In this document: in pieces, positions 52,498-62,155 of the stretch
Numbering within the stretch: the stretch's first letter is position 1
Layout: each line of letters starts with the position of its first letter
Origin: a virus
Lineage: Duplodnaviria; Heunggongvirae; Uroviricota; Caudoviricetes
Reading direction: 5' to 3' (one strand)
Virus record (IMG/VR): IMGVR_UViG_3300050581_000202
Length of the DNA stretch: 64,000 nt
The notes under the pieces: generated by a model
Database searches by the model: none
Told to the model about the DNA's origin: nothing
Seen by the model: only the letters and a program-made list of their open reading frames with translations
Position numbers and translations under genes: made by a program

Positions 52498-53013
52498 CTA
52501 CACCTCCCCTTCGGCTTGAGAGCCGAGTGTCAAGGAGACGTTGGCTTCGGCGAGCGTCCCTGCGCCACCAATCGACTCGCCCACCAATTCCTTGCCGTGG
52601 ATGATGTAGGCCGCATCGAACTCGTACTCCTCGAAGTTCTCGATGGCGTACTTGCGGCCGAGATAGACGAGCCAGTCGCTTTCCTTCAGCACCAGGTTGG
52701 GGCAGTCGCGGCGCTCGACGATGAACAGACGTTTGCCCGCCTCGTATCCTCCGCCCGTGACCATCTGCTTGTTCGCGGAGATCAGTGAGATCGACTGCTT
52801 CACTTCGCGGCTGACGGTTTCGGGGAGGACGACGGCCCGCTGAATCCGAGTCGCCGTCTTCGTCCGGGTCACTTCGCCGGTCTTCGTATCCGCAGTCACC
52901 GCGCCATTCTGATAAATGACAAGCGTGCCGCCGTACTGACGCTTCAGCGCGTAGAGCACGCGCCGCATCTGCTGGTTCAGTCCGTGGTTGGCAGGATACG
53001 TCATGGGCGTCAC
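52498..53013 (-). CDS. putative head-tail connector protein
   Basis: 171 aa. Called from gene order only. Confidence 0.35.
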   Translation of the reverse strand: MTPMTYPANHGLNQQMRRVLYALKRQYGGTLVIYQNGAVTADTKTGEVTRTKTATRIQRAVVLPETVSREVKQSISLISANKQMVTGGGYEAGKRLFIVERRDCPNLVLKESDWLVYLGRKYAIENFEEYEFDAAYIIHGKELVGESIGGAGTLAEANVSLTLGSQAEGEV

Positions 53014-53017
53014 GCAC

Positions 53018-53314
53018 TCAGGCTTGTTGCGAGCACTTAGGCCGCCAAGGACACTCGAATCGCTCGTCCAGGGCCTTCTCCAGCCGCTCCATCATCAAGG
53101 TGTTCTGGGCGATTACGTCCGCACACCGTTCGACGAGCGGCATGAGCACGTTGCGCTGCTCGTCTTCGAGCTTCACGATCCGTTTGTTCATGCGACACTC
53201 GCGGACCCAGCTTTGCCAGAGCAAGACGGCAGTCACCAGGACCAGCGGACCATACTGCTTGAGCAAGGCAATCGCATCGGCAAACGTATCGGCTTGGGCA
53301 AAGAGCAATTCCAT
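53018..53314 (-). CDS. hypothetical protein with one TM segment
   Basis: 98 aa; GPLVLVTAVLLWQSW is hydrophobic. Confidence 0.3.
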   Translation of the reverse strand: MELLFAQADTFADAIALLKQYGPLVLVTAVLLWQSWVRECRMNKRIVKLEDEQRNVLMPLVERCADVIAQNTLMMERLEKALDERFECPWRPKCSQQA

Positions 53315-53417
53315 GAGGCATTTCCGGCAAGCTCGCAGGGCAGTTGATGGTAGAGGGGCCGCCCGGCTCGCTGTTGACGAGCCGGGCGGCCGTTCGTTCG
53401 CTCGACGGAGATCAGCC

Positions 53418-54815
53418 TTAGCCGAGCACGGGGACCAGCAGGCCGCTGTTCAGGACCGCCACACCCGCGAGGATGTCGCAGTTGACGATCAGGCCGCCCG
53501 CGTTGATGTCGTACTGGGCCAAGACCCGCATGGTGACGCCGTTGTAGGCGGCATGTCCGGCCATGACGCCCGCGCGGGTGTCCGGCAGAGCCAGCGGGCG
53601 GGTCACGAGGGCCAGGGCGTCCCGGTGGAACGCGAGGTTCATCGCGCCGTAGGGGCCGGGGAACGCATCGGCACCGTTGCCAACGGCAGCCGCAAGCGGC
53701 CGATCGAGGTAGACCGTGCAAGACGTGCCGCTTCCCTCGGACTCGATCACCGTGTAGGTGTGCCGAGTGCCGGGGGTCGCGCCGAAGGCGAGCAACTGGC
53801 CGACCTGCGGGGCCTTACCCTCGGTGACGGTCAGGGCGATGCCCTCGCTGTAGCCGGCCGCGTAGGCGGCAGCAGTCACGCACTTCACGTAGCGCGTGGC
53901 CACGGCATTGTCCAGCGTGGCGTACTTGAGGGCCTCGTTCAGGCTAAACCAGGCCGCGTCGGTTCCCGTCGCCCAGGTCGGTTGGTCGTTGCCGGCCACG
54001 ACCACGAACTCACCGGCCGTGGGAGCAAGGACAGACGCGATGTGCGTCCCAGCGGCGGTCCCCGCCTCATACGGCTCCGTGACCGGATCGCTGTCGGTGT
54101 CCGACCCCGACAGGACGCAGTTGACGTTCTGGTCCATGTAGGTGTCGAAGCCGAGGATGCGGCCGAGGATGGCGCTCTCCAGCGCCGAGCCGCCGTCGCC
54201 GCGCTCGTTGGCCTTGACGAACAGGTCGGTCTTGAGCATGGCCGTCTCGCTCGTGGGGGCCATGACCAGCTTGCGGCCATCCACGGGGGCCTTGTTGATG
54301 TTCAGCCGCTCGCGGGCGTCCAGCACATAGTCCTTGGCGGTGCTGGCGGTCAGTCCGCCCAGCTTGCCTACGCGGTTCGCCGGCCCGCCCAGGTAGGCAT
54401 GGACTTGGCCCAGCAAGGCGCGATCGACGCCCTCGGCGATGGTCTTCATCGCAGGCTGGAGGTAAATCTGGCTCAACTCCTTGAAGGACTTGCTGCCTTC
54501 CCCGTCGCGGATGACGAAGGAGTTGTAGAACCACTGGTTCAACGGCACTTGCACGTTGGTGGCCACGGCGTCCTGCTGGACCAGCGTGGTGCCGTCCTTC
54601 TTCCGGCGAATCTTGAACTCGCCGGGGCGGCGAGTGTTGACCACATCGCCGAACTTGGCGATCTGGTCCTCGAAGTCCCGGTGGACCATGTTGGCCATGA
54701 CCATGTTGGCTTCCAACATGCGCAAGCCCTCGTCCGCCCACAACTCGGGGATGAAGGCATCGAGTTGGTTTTCGTAGCAAGCCGTGAACGGCTGGCTGAG
54801 GTACAAACGGTTCAT
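53418..54815 (-). CDS. major capsid protein
   Basis: Start MNRLYLSQPFTACYENQLDAFIPELWADEGLRMLEANMVMANMV (ATG 54813-54815, GGAGAG RBS). 465 aa, positioned immediately after the scaffold gene. Confidence 0.65.
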   Translation of the reverse strand: MNRLYLSQPFTACYENQLDAFIPELWADEGLRMLEANMVMANMVHRDFEDQIAKFGDVVNTRRPGEFKIRRKKDGTTLVQQDAVATNVQVPLNQWFYNSFVIRDGEGSKSFKELSQIYLQPAMKTIAEGVDRALLGQVHAYLGGPANRVGKLGGLTASTAKDYVLDARERLNINKAPVDGRKLVMAPTSETAMLKTDLFVKANERGDGGSALESAILGRILGFDTYMDQNVNCVLSGSDTDSDPVTEPYEAGTAAGTHIASVLAPTAGEFVVVAGNDQPTWATGTDAAWFSLNEALKYATLDNAVATRYVKCVTAAAYAAGYSEGIALTVTEGKAPQVGQLLAFGATPGTRHTYTVIESEGSGTSCTVYLDRPLAAAVGNGADAFPGPYGAMNLAFHRDALALVTRPLALPDTRAGVMAGHAAYNGVTMRVLAQYDINAGGLIVNCDILAGVAVLNSGLLVPVLG

Positions 54816-54918
54816 CGCTACTCTCCGAAGTTCCTTGTGTGACCTCTGCTCGCCGCACCTCGTCACCGTGACGTGCGCCGGGTCCGAGCAGACCTTTGGT
54901 GTGCCGACCCCCGAACGG

Positions 54919-55800
54919 TTAGCGGCCCTTCTTGGGCAAAGGATCGAGTCCGAGCCATTCAGGGTGGTTGGCCCGAATCTCGCGGAACTGCTCTTGCGTC
55001 AGCTTGCGAATCGCCGCCGCATCCAGTTTGCCGCCTTGACCCGGCATGAGGCCGCCGGTAGCCGTTCCCGCGCCGATGCCCGAAACCACGCCGCTGCGGA
55101 AGAGATTGCCCCATGTCTCAGGGGTGTCCTTCATCTTCTTCACGGCGTCCTCGGGCGTGTACGCCTTGGTCTCCATTTCACCGCTCGTCGTGTTGACGGC
55201 CTGCATCTCGACCATCGGCTTGTACTTGCCGGTCAACTTGCCGGTCTTGGGGTCCGTCTCCTCCAGCATCTTCGTCTGCCCGCGGAGCAGGGTGACGACC
55301 TGCGAAGGACTCCACGCCTCGTGCTTGACGGCGGCGTCTTGGAGCGCCCGCTCAATGGTGGAATCACGGTACAACGTCTCGAAGAACGACGCCTTCTTCT
55401 CCATCTCCTGCAACTTGCCGGCGTAGACCTCTTCGACCTGCTTCTTTTCCAGAAGGAGCTGCTCTTCCTTCGACCGCAGTTGGCCTTGCACCATTTCCAG
55501 GTTCGCTTGCAAAGCCTTCCGCTCCTGCTCGGTGAGACTCTGGCTGGCCAGCAAATCCTTGTACTGCTTTTCGGTCTTCTTCAGCGACTCCTCCAACTTG
55601 CGGCGATCGGCCGCCACGATGCGATTCACATCTTCTTGGGTAAACACCTTGGCAGCGGCAGCGGCAGCGGCAGCCTCGGCTGTGGCCTTCTCAGCAGCAG
55701 CCTTCTCAACGGCGGCCTTCTCGGCGGCGGCCTTCGCTGCATCGTCTTCACCCTCGAAACAGGCGGACCACGGACGGGACAGGTACAGAGAGATGGACAT
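54919..55800 (-). CDS. scaffolding protein
   Basis: Ala/Glu/Lys-rich, predicted coiled-coil (AAKAAAEKAAVEKAAAEKATAEAAAAAAAAK), directly upstream of the capsid gene. Confidence 0.55.
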   Translation of the reverse strand: MSISLYLSRPWSACFEGEDDAAKAAAEKAAVEKAAAEKATAEAAAAAAAAKVFTQEDVNRIVAADRRKLEESLKKTEKQYKDLLASQSLTEQERKALQANLEMVQGQLRSKEEQLLLEKKQVEEVYAGKLQEMEKKASFFETLYRDSTIERALQDAAVKHEAWSPSQVVTLLRGQTKMLEETDPKTGKLTGKYKPMVEMQAVNTTSGEMETKAYTPEDAVKKMKDTPETWGNLFRSGVVSGIGAGTATGGLMPGQGGKLDAAAIRKLTQEQFREIRANHPEWLGLDPLPKKGR

Positions 55801-55905
55801 AGCACTTCCTTACACCCGAAAGAAACTCACAGAGCATTCGCCTATTCGGTGTTCAGCGGACTCTGACCCGGCAGTGGGCCGGTAAAAGGGAACCAGGGCA
55901 CGCGC

Positions 55906-56430
55906 CTAGCTCACTCGTGACAATTTCAGGGCGTCCGAGTCGCGCAGAAAAGGCTTGAGCAAGCGCCACGCGGCAGAACTCGGCACCAGATTGATGATGT
56001 GTTCGATGGGCAGTTGCGACCGCTCGTAGCTGGTCTTCACCGCCCCGTACCCCATTGCATTGACGGCCAGGTTCTCCAACTCCAACTCAGGGTCTTTGCC
56101 GTCCAAGAGAGCGTAGGCGATCTCGTAAGAGGCCACGCGGACGGCCTCGGGAACCGCGGTGTCGGCCCCGCGCGGAAATTCCAACGCCTGACTTGCCTCG
56201 GCCGCTCTGATCGTGTCTTGCGAGGCAGATGGGTTTGCCTGCGAGAGCGTATAGACACTGTGTTTGTTTCCCTTGAACGACAACGCATCAATGACGCTGC
56301 GGGCGGCAATTAAAGCCTTCTCACGATCCACTGCGGACGCACCGCTCCAAGCAACTTCGTGAAGTCGCTTGGCAAAATACGAGTCGGCTTCCTCCAAGGT
56401 GCCATAGAACGTCAGATTGAGCGACATCAC
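55906..56430 (-). CDS. hypothetical head-module protein
   Basis: 174 aa with protein-like composition. Confidence 0.35.
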   Translation of the reverse strand: MMSLNLTFYGTLEEADSYFAKRLHEVAWSGASAVDREKALIAARSVIDALSFKGNKHSVYTLSQANPSASQDTIRAAEASQALEFPRGADTAVPEAVRVASYEIAYALLDGKDPELELENLAVNAMGYGAVKTSYERSQLPIEHIINLVPSSAAWRLLKPFLRDSDALKLSRVS

Positions 56431-56918
56431 GCCACCTCATTCAACCGGGCAAAGCTCCCAAACAGTCGTAGCGCCGCCTCGTTGTATGCTAGCGCCGCTT
56501 CTTCCCGCGTGTAGAAGTACCCTAAATGGTGCCGTTCCTTTGCGCACGCGATTCGGGCCGCCCAACACTTTGCTCGATTCCTGACCTTCGTGACGCCCTT
56601 GAACCCCGCTCGATTCGTTACGCACTTGTTGCGGTTTGCTCGCTGTTGCGTAATGGTGGCGGCACGGAGATTGCAGCGGCGATTGTCGAGGCGGTCCATA
56701 TTCCTGTGGTCAACTTGCAGTGACCCATCCAATCCCATCCGCCCCGCCACGACGCGGTGCATCAAAGCGAGCCTTTGCTTACCACCGCTGCCACGTATCC
56801 AACAACCCCGCACCGCGTAGCCTTGCGCACTGACGCACCACTTCCACTGCATCAGGTACTCATAATCCACGTCATCCAGTAGCGCCTCCTTGCCTTGCGT
56901 CAAAGGAATTCGCTTCAT
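56427..56918 (-). CDS. HNH (HNH_3) homing endonuclease with AP2 domain
   Basis: QGYAVRG...QRLALMHRVVAG...VDHRNMDRLDNRRCNLR (HNH), followed by AGFKGVTKVRNRAKCWAARIACAKERHHLGYFYTREEAALAYNEAA (AP2). Confidence 0.8.
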   Translation of the reverse strand: MKRIPLTQGKEALLDDVDYEYLMQWKWCVSAQGYAVRGCWIRGSGGKQRLALMHRVVAGRMGLDGSLQVDHRNMDRLDNRRCNLRAATITQQRANRNKCVTNRAGFKGVTKVRNRAKCWAARIACAKERHHLGYFYTREEAALAYNEAALRLFGSFARLNEVA

Positions 56919-56919
56919 A

Positions 56920-57519
56920 TCAACAAGCCACCCACGAGTAGCCTTGATCCGCCGCCCCGCCGACGATGTACAGCTTGTTCAAGTTGTCCACATGAAGTGG
57001 CGGGCTCTGCTGGCCGGCGGAGAGGATGAAGCCGTCCTCGACGTTGGCGGCCGTGTTGCCGATCATAATGACGTTCCCATTCGCTCCGTTGGCCCGGAGC
57101 ATGACGTACTTCTTTACCGGCCACCCGACCGCGTGCCCTCGCTCGCTGACCGTCACCATGACCGCGTGGCCTTCCCCTTCCAGGTCCACGTCCACTGCCG
57201 TCATGGCCGCGATAAGTTGCCACCGCAGCGCGCCTGCGAAATCCACGGTCCACGGCCCACCGGCATTGCCCGAGACCACGACGTTCCCTTCGCCCACGAC
57301 CGCTTCCAAGCCCGTTTGCACGGCCGCCGCCGCAGCATCGAAGGAAATGGCATCCGTCTCGGACTCCCCGACGCCCAGCTTGAACGTGCCGGCTGTCACG
57401 TCGGTGAGCGTCACCGTCTGCCGCGCACTGGCCGCGCCAAGACGCACAACACTCAGACCAACGGTGCCGCTGCCGGTGCGAAATTCGGCTTGTGATTCAC
57501 GATCAATGTCAACCAGCAT
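56920..57519 (-). CDS. hypothetical head-module protein (Gly-rich beta protein)
   Basis: 199 aa. Positioned between the portal gene and the HNH gene. Confidence 0.35.
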   Translation of the reverse strand: MLVDIDRESQAEFRTGSGTVGLSVVRLGAASARQTVTLTDVTAGTFKLGVGESETDAISFDAAAAAVQTGLEAVVGEGNVVVSGNAGGPWTVDFAGALRWQLIAAMTAVDVDLEGEGHAVMVTVSERGHAVGWPVKKYVMLRANGANGNVIMIGNTAANVEDGFILSAGQQSPPLHVDNLNKLYIVGGAADQGYSWVAC

Positions 57520-57522
57520 GGG

Positions 57523-59310
57523 CTACTCTCCTGCGAAGCGGCCTTTGCCGCGCACTCGCTGGGCCGTGGTGTCCTGTAAGTCGGTATTGCGGCTGGCGGC
57601 CTTTTCTTCCTTGCCGGCGTTGGGATCGGCCGAAAGGTCGGCGATGCCTCGGGCCGCCGGATCGCTGCCGCCCTTTTCCATTCCCTGGGCCTCGGCGATG
57701 CGTTTGACGCGCTCCGCATGGTCTTTGCGAGCCTCCAAATACTCGTCGTCGTCAAAACCCAAGGCCACGGAACTCGTCTTCTCGCCGACCAGCCCCGCTT
57801 GTGCCGCCTGGATGATCGTCTGCGGGTCGCTGGTAGTGTAATGGGCGTTGTCGATCTCACGGTTGATTGCAGCCAGGTCGTCCATGCTGATCTTGCCGCC
57901 CAGGAGCGTCTGGACGATGCCCTTGGCCAGTTCCCGCTTGACTCGACGGCCTGGCACCTTCGCCATCAGCTTCTCCAAGTCCTGCGCTTCCTTGATCCGG
58001 TCGGCATCCGATTTCAGGCTATACCGCTCAGGGTACTTGATCGTCGCCACTTCGCGCTTGCTCAGGCTTCGCTCTTCATAGGCGGCCCAGAACTCGGCGA
58101 TCTGCCGCTCGGCGCTTTCCAAGAGCAGCCCGATGTACGACAGACCCGCCTCAAGCCCTTGGTTGTCCATCGCCTTCGACTCGGCCGAGACACGTACCGC
58201 TAAGCTCGACACGGCCAGGTTTACTAACTCGCGGATGTCCCGCTTCAGCCGGTCCTGCAATTCCAGGCTTGCCCGCAGCGGCTCGGCCGAGGGATTGATG
58301 AAGGCCGGCGGATTCATCCCTTTGTCGTAGGTGCGGCCGTGCGTCGCGCCGACCGTGATGCTCGCGTCGGCCGCGCCTTGGCCGCCAGACGTGGATGTCC
58401 CGTCTTCCGCGGCGGCGTGTTTCAAGTGGGCACCCGTCGCACGCAAGTCCTTCTGCTCGATGTAGAAGGGGAAGTTGCTTCGCAGGGCGTAGTTCACGTC
58501 GCTCGAACCGAGGTTCAGCAGCGCGATCTGCTGTTGGCACACGTCTTTAATCAGGCTCCCGCCGATGTCCAAGAGCACGAAGGGAATGCGATCCAGTTCC
58601 AGTTGCATCGGCCCACCGGGCAACCCCGCGCCGTCCACCTCCTCCTTCTTGAGGTTGTAGAACTGCAAGTGAACGCGCCCACCCTCGATCCACATATAGC
58701 GGTATCGCTCGACCGAGAGCGAAGGCAACATCGTGGACTGGTCGTACTGCATCACTGTGTCGCGCAGCAGGATCGCCTGGAACTCGGACGGGGCTTCGGG
58801 CTTCGAGCAGGTCCAGGAAAGGATGTCTTCGATGTCGTACTTGTACAGGTACGGCGAGGGCCGGCTGACGTTGGCCAAGGTCGCACCCGCCGGGATCAAC
58901 GGGTGATCGACAAACACGCCCACCCGTCCCATGACCAATAGTTCGGTCAAGACCTTCACGCCGAGAAAGGCGTTCATGGTCGAGCCGCGATGGTCCACAC
59001 CCAGGTTGCTGCCGTTGACGGCGGCCTGGTAGACCTCGCTGCCACCCTTGCGAACCACATCCCTGAGGCGCTGATAAATCGCGTTGCGAATGTCGTTGAT
59101 CGCCGCTTTGGCGAACGCCGGCACGGGCGTGATTGCCTTGCGGACGCCATAGTCCTCCTGATCCTCGCGGGTCGAAAACCGCTCCAAGTAGGAATCGCGA
59201 AAGCCGTCGCCGCCTTCGTAGGTCAAGCGCCACTTGCGCCAGTCTGTCATGCCGGAGAGGTAGCCGGGATGTCGGCTGTCGATCAGGCTGAGCGTTTGAC
59301 TTTCGGCCAT
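57523..59310 (-). CDS. putative portal protein
   Basis: Start MAESQTLSLIDSRHPGYLSGM (ATG 59308-59310, 14 nt after the terminase stop). 595 aa, called portal from size and position. The upstream 33 codons of the ORF overlap the terminase gene. Confidence 0.6.
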   Translation of the reverse strand: MAESQTLSLIDSRHPGYLSGMTDWRKWRLTYEGGDGFRDSYLERFSTREDQEDYGVRKAITPVPAFAKAAINDIRNAIYQRLRDVVRKGGSEVYQAAVNGSNLGVDHRGSTMNAFLGVKVLTELLVMGRVGVFVDHPLIPAGATLANVSRPSPYLYKYDIEDILSWTCSKPEAPSEFQAILLRDTVMQYDQSTMLPSLSVERYRYMWIEGGRVHLQFYNLKKEEVDGAGLPGGPMQLELDRIPFVLLDIGGSLIKDVCQQQIALLNLGSSDVNYALRSNFPFYIEQKDLRATGAHLKHAAAEDGTSTSGGQGAADASITVGATHGRTYDKGMNPPAFINPSAEPLRASLELQDRLKRDIRELVNLAVSSLAVRVSAESKAMDNQGLEAGLSYIGLLLESAERQIAEFWAAYEERSLSKREVATIKYPERYSLKSDADRIKEAQDLEKLMAKVPGRRVKRELAKGIVQTLLGGKISMDDLAAINREIDNAHYTTSDPQTIIQAAQAGLVGEKTSSVALGFDDDEYLEARKDHAERVKRIAEAQGMEKGGSDPAARGIADLSADPNAGKEEKAASRNTDLQDTTAQRVRGKGRFAGE

Positions 59311-59323
59311 GACGAACCTCTCG

Positions 59324-60997
59324 CTAAGTGACCTTGCCGACGTTTTCCCCGTTGCCACCAATCGGAGCCAGCGCCAGGCCGATGTCGGCATAGCACAGGG
59401 AGTGTGCAAAGTGGTCGGCCCCCGTGTTCACGTACTCGGCTGCCAGGTTGCCCGTGTCGTCTTTCTTGTAGGTGCGGACCAGGTTCTTGACGTGTTCCCG
59501 GTACTCGAACGAAATATCCCGCGGCAGCAGGATGCGGGGCGGCATCGTCTTGAACCGCCCCAGCGCGCAGCTAAGCCAATTGGTGCGGTCCACAGTGGCG
59601 AAGGGCGAACCTGTGTCCTCCTCACTGATGGCGATTTCCTTGGCCGTCTGCCCCCGCCGGTATCGCGTCAGCCACACGTAGCCGTGAAACTTCTTGGCAA
59701 AGCGGCGGGCGTCGTTGGTGAACGGATCAGCGTCCACCACGCAGGCCAAGACCTGCCACTCCCGCATCAACTCGTCGAGATAGCTCCACTCCTCCCCGGA
59801 GAACTTGCCGAACCAGAGCAACTTGCCGATGGCCGCCGCATTGATGTCCTTGCCGGGGTGCTGATCGAACAGCCAGTCCACGACCGAAATGTAACCCGTC
59901 TTTCCCTGATCCACGCCCATCGTTATCAGGCGGTCGCCGCCGATCTGTGGGCGTTTGTCGTTGATCGAGTGCGACTTGACGCAGGCTTCGATCATCTCGT
60001 CCGTAACTTGAGCACCTTCGCCGATGAACGGCACGCCCAGTTTGCTGCAATGGAACTCCGTATTGGCCGCTTCGTCGCCCAGCCCGCGATGGTAGGCGAT
60101 CACCAACTCGCCGGGCGTCACCGTGGACGAGTAAAGCTGATTGATGTAGAACCCCCGCGATTCCTCCGCCGAGACGTTCGGTTCCGTCGTCTGCCACTTG
60201 CCGCCGGCCAGGAACTCCGGTTTGGCCTCCTGGTCCAGCTTGTGCCTGCACTCCTTGCACTTGATGAACGAATCTTGGCAGCGGGGGTCATTGACCGACT
60301 CGCCGATGATCTCCACACAGTCGGGCCAAACCAACTCGGTCCATCGGCCGCAGTGCGGACACTGAAAGCAGAAGTGCTCCTGGGTGCTGGTCAGGTACAG
60401 TTTGTGGATGCCGTACTTCGGCACGGTCGGCGTCGAGATCGCCAGGATGTGCTTCTCGATCTGTCCCGACAGCCGCTCCAAGGCCAGCCACACCGCATGG
60501 GTGTCCATCTCGTCCAACTCGTCCAAGACCAACTCGGACACCGGGATGGACTTCAGGTTGCTGTCGCCGCGGCTGCCTCGGATGTACAGGACGTTCGTGC
60601 CCGTCGATTTCAGCCCCACGGTGTTCGTATCAACGAACAGGTCTTTGAGGTACGGACTGAGCTTCAGGGCAGTGGCGAAGCGGGCCTTGGAAAAGTCGCT
60701 TGCGTTTAGCGCCGTCGGCAAAACGTACAGCACGTCCCGCTTCGACTGGTCGAGCGTGAAGAAGGCCCGGTTGATTCCCGTCTCCGTCACGCCCAACTGG
60801 GCCGCCTTCATGGCGATGGTCCAGGCCGCCTTGCTGTCGTGAATCTCACGGCACCACGGGTGACGCGCGAAACTGTAAGGACCGTTAAAGGGTGCCCCCA
60901 TCACCCGTCGATGTTCTGCCCACCGGCTGCACGACCGCAGGTTGTTGCTCCGCAGCCCCTCTCCGAAGCTCTGCCACAACTCGTCCACGAAATTCAT
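59324..60997 (-). CDS. terminase large subunit
   Basis: An N-terminal ATPase with ELVLDELDEM (Walker B region) and a C-terminal RNaseH-like nuclease (MGVDQGKTGYISVVDW, CVVDADPF). 557 aa. Confidence 0.8.
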   Translation of the reverse strand: MNFVDELWQSFGEGLRSNNLRSCSRWAEHRRVMGAPFNGPYSFARHPWCREIHDSKAAWTIAMKAAQLGVTETGINRAFFTLDQSKRDVLYVLPTALNASDFSKARFATALKLSPYLKDLFVDTNTVGLKSTGTNVLYIRGSRGDSNLKSIPVSELVLDELDEMDTHAVWLALERLSGQIEKHILAISTPTVPKYGIHKLYLTSTQEHFCFQCPHCGRWTELVWPDCVEIIGESVNDPRCQDSFIKCKECRHKLDQEAKPEFLAGGKWQTTEPNVSAEESRGFYINQLYSSTVTPGELVIAYHRGLGDEAANTEFHCSKLGVPFIGEGAQVTDEMIEACVKSHSINDKRPQIGGDRLITMGVDQGKTGYISVVDWLFDQHPGKDINAAAIGKLLWFGKFSGEEWSYLDELMREWQVLACVVDADPFTNDARRFAKKFHGYVWLTRYRRGQTAKEIAISEEDTGSPFATVDRTNWLSCALGRFKTMPPRILLPRDISFEYREHVKNLVRTYKKDDTGNLAAEYVNTGADHFAHSLCYADIGLALAPIGGNGENVGKVT

Positions 60998-61204
60998 GTG
61001 GCTGTTTCATTGATCTAATTGAGGTTGCATCTCAGGTTCGCGTGGGTCAGCGGCAAGTGCGGCTCGCTGGTTGCTTCGGCGTTCGGCCCGGTGCAACCTC
61101 GTGTTTCGTTCTCGGCGACGACGGGAGCCAACCGTCCTTATCGTCCTTGGTTCCGGTGTCGGTCCCGGCTCCTCGGGACAGTTGCGACAGCGGCGGCGTG
61201 CCAT

Positions 61205-61552
61205 CTACTTGCACCCAAAGCGAGTCAGGGAGACAACCACCAGGATGTCGTTGGTCCGCACCGGGGCTTTCCCGCAGACGTAGACAATGAAGGTCGGCAC
61301 GCTGGTGACGCCGTATTTCTTCGCCAAGTCGGGATGGTCGTCGATGTCGATGATCTCCACTTCCACCCCGGCGGCCTGAACTTGGATCAAGGCAGGCTTC
61401 GCACGCTGACACGGGGCGCACCAAGAGGCGGTGAAGGCCAGCACCTTGGGGCGACGGCAACCGCCTTGGTTCTGCTGTTGCTGCGGCGCTTCGCAGCCCG
61501 CGACCAGCGCAAGCAGCATCGCGGCGATCAGAAGACTTCGACGATTCATCAT
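61205..61552 (-). CDS. thioredoxin-fold lipoprotein (CxxC)
   Basis: A lipoprotein signal (MMNRRSLLIAAMLLALVAGC) and a WCAPCQ active site. GGAGG RBS. Confidence 0.7.
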   Translation of the reverse strand: MMNRRSLLIAAMLLALVAGCEAPQQQQNQGGCRRPKVLAFTASWCAPCQRAKPALIQVQAAGVEVEIIDIDDHPDLAKKYGVTSVPTFIVYVCGKAPVRTNDILVVVSLTRFGCK

Positions 61553-61558
61553 TGACCT

Positions 61559-61609
61559 CCGGTTCTCGGATGGCTCGCGGCAAGTTGTCGGGAGCCATCG
61601 GAGAACCGG
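61559..61609 (-). promoter_or_regulatory. long imperfect hairpin (18-bp stem, 1 mismatch) abutting the RBS of the thioredoxin-lipoprotein gene
   Basis: CCGGTTCTCGGATGGCTC-N15-GAGCCATCGGAGAACCGG. The 5' arm overlaps the GGAGG Shine-Dalgarno sequence. Confidence 0.5.
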
Positions 61610-61653
61610 CCCGGTGAGCGTATGACCGCAGCCGGGCGCGGTGAATCAGTCGG

Positions 61654-62076
61654 CTACGACTTGGCCGGGGCCGCAACGGGCTTCGGGGCCTCGGCAGCGG
61701 GTGCCGGGGCGGCCTCAACCTCGGCGATCCGCGCCTTGATGTAGGCCAGGCCCTCGGGCGTAGCGAGCTTCCGGGCCAGGACGTTCTCGTAGGTCTGCTC
61801 CAGTTCTTTGAGGATGGCATCGCTGCCCGCATCGACGATCTTGCAGACATCGTGAATCTTCTCCACCATGTCTTGCACGTCGCCCACGGCAAAGTCTTCC
61901 AGCAACGCGGGCAACAGCCGCAGGCCGTTGTCGCGGAGGATGCCGGCCAATTTCTGCGCGGCCCGCTTCTTGGTCATCAGCTTCTCGTTGGTGCCGAAAA
62001 GCCACTTGCCGACTTCACGCCCGACGAGCACGGCCACTGCAACGGCCAGAATCCAGATCACAACGGTGGGGTTCAT
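61654..62076 (-). CDS. membrane protein with one N-terminal TM (possible holin/antiholin or spanin component)
   Basis: MNPTVVIWILAVAVAVLVGREV followed by a helical soluble domain. Located in the putative lysis region. Confidence 0.4.
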   Translation of the reverse strand: MNPTVVIWILAVAVAVLVGREVGKWLFGTNEKLMTKKRAAQKLAGILRDNGLRLLPALLEDFAVGDVQDMVEKIHDVCKIVDAGSDAILKELEQTYENVLARKLATPEGLAYIKARIAEVEAAPAPAAEAPKPVAAPAKS

Positions 62077-62155
62077 CTTTTTTTCTCCAGGTGTTCGAGA
62101 GTGGCCGCTCAGGCGGCCGGATGGTCACAAGACAACAGACAGGAAACGCACGCGA

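Noticed and set aside
60998-61204. Possible small terminase or leader ORF between terL and the thioredoxin gene.
   Set aside because: The ~200-nt gap has no convincing minus-strand ORF. It contains only a 9-bp distant inverted repeat (GAGGTTGCA / TGCAACCTC), so it was left as an untranslated leader.
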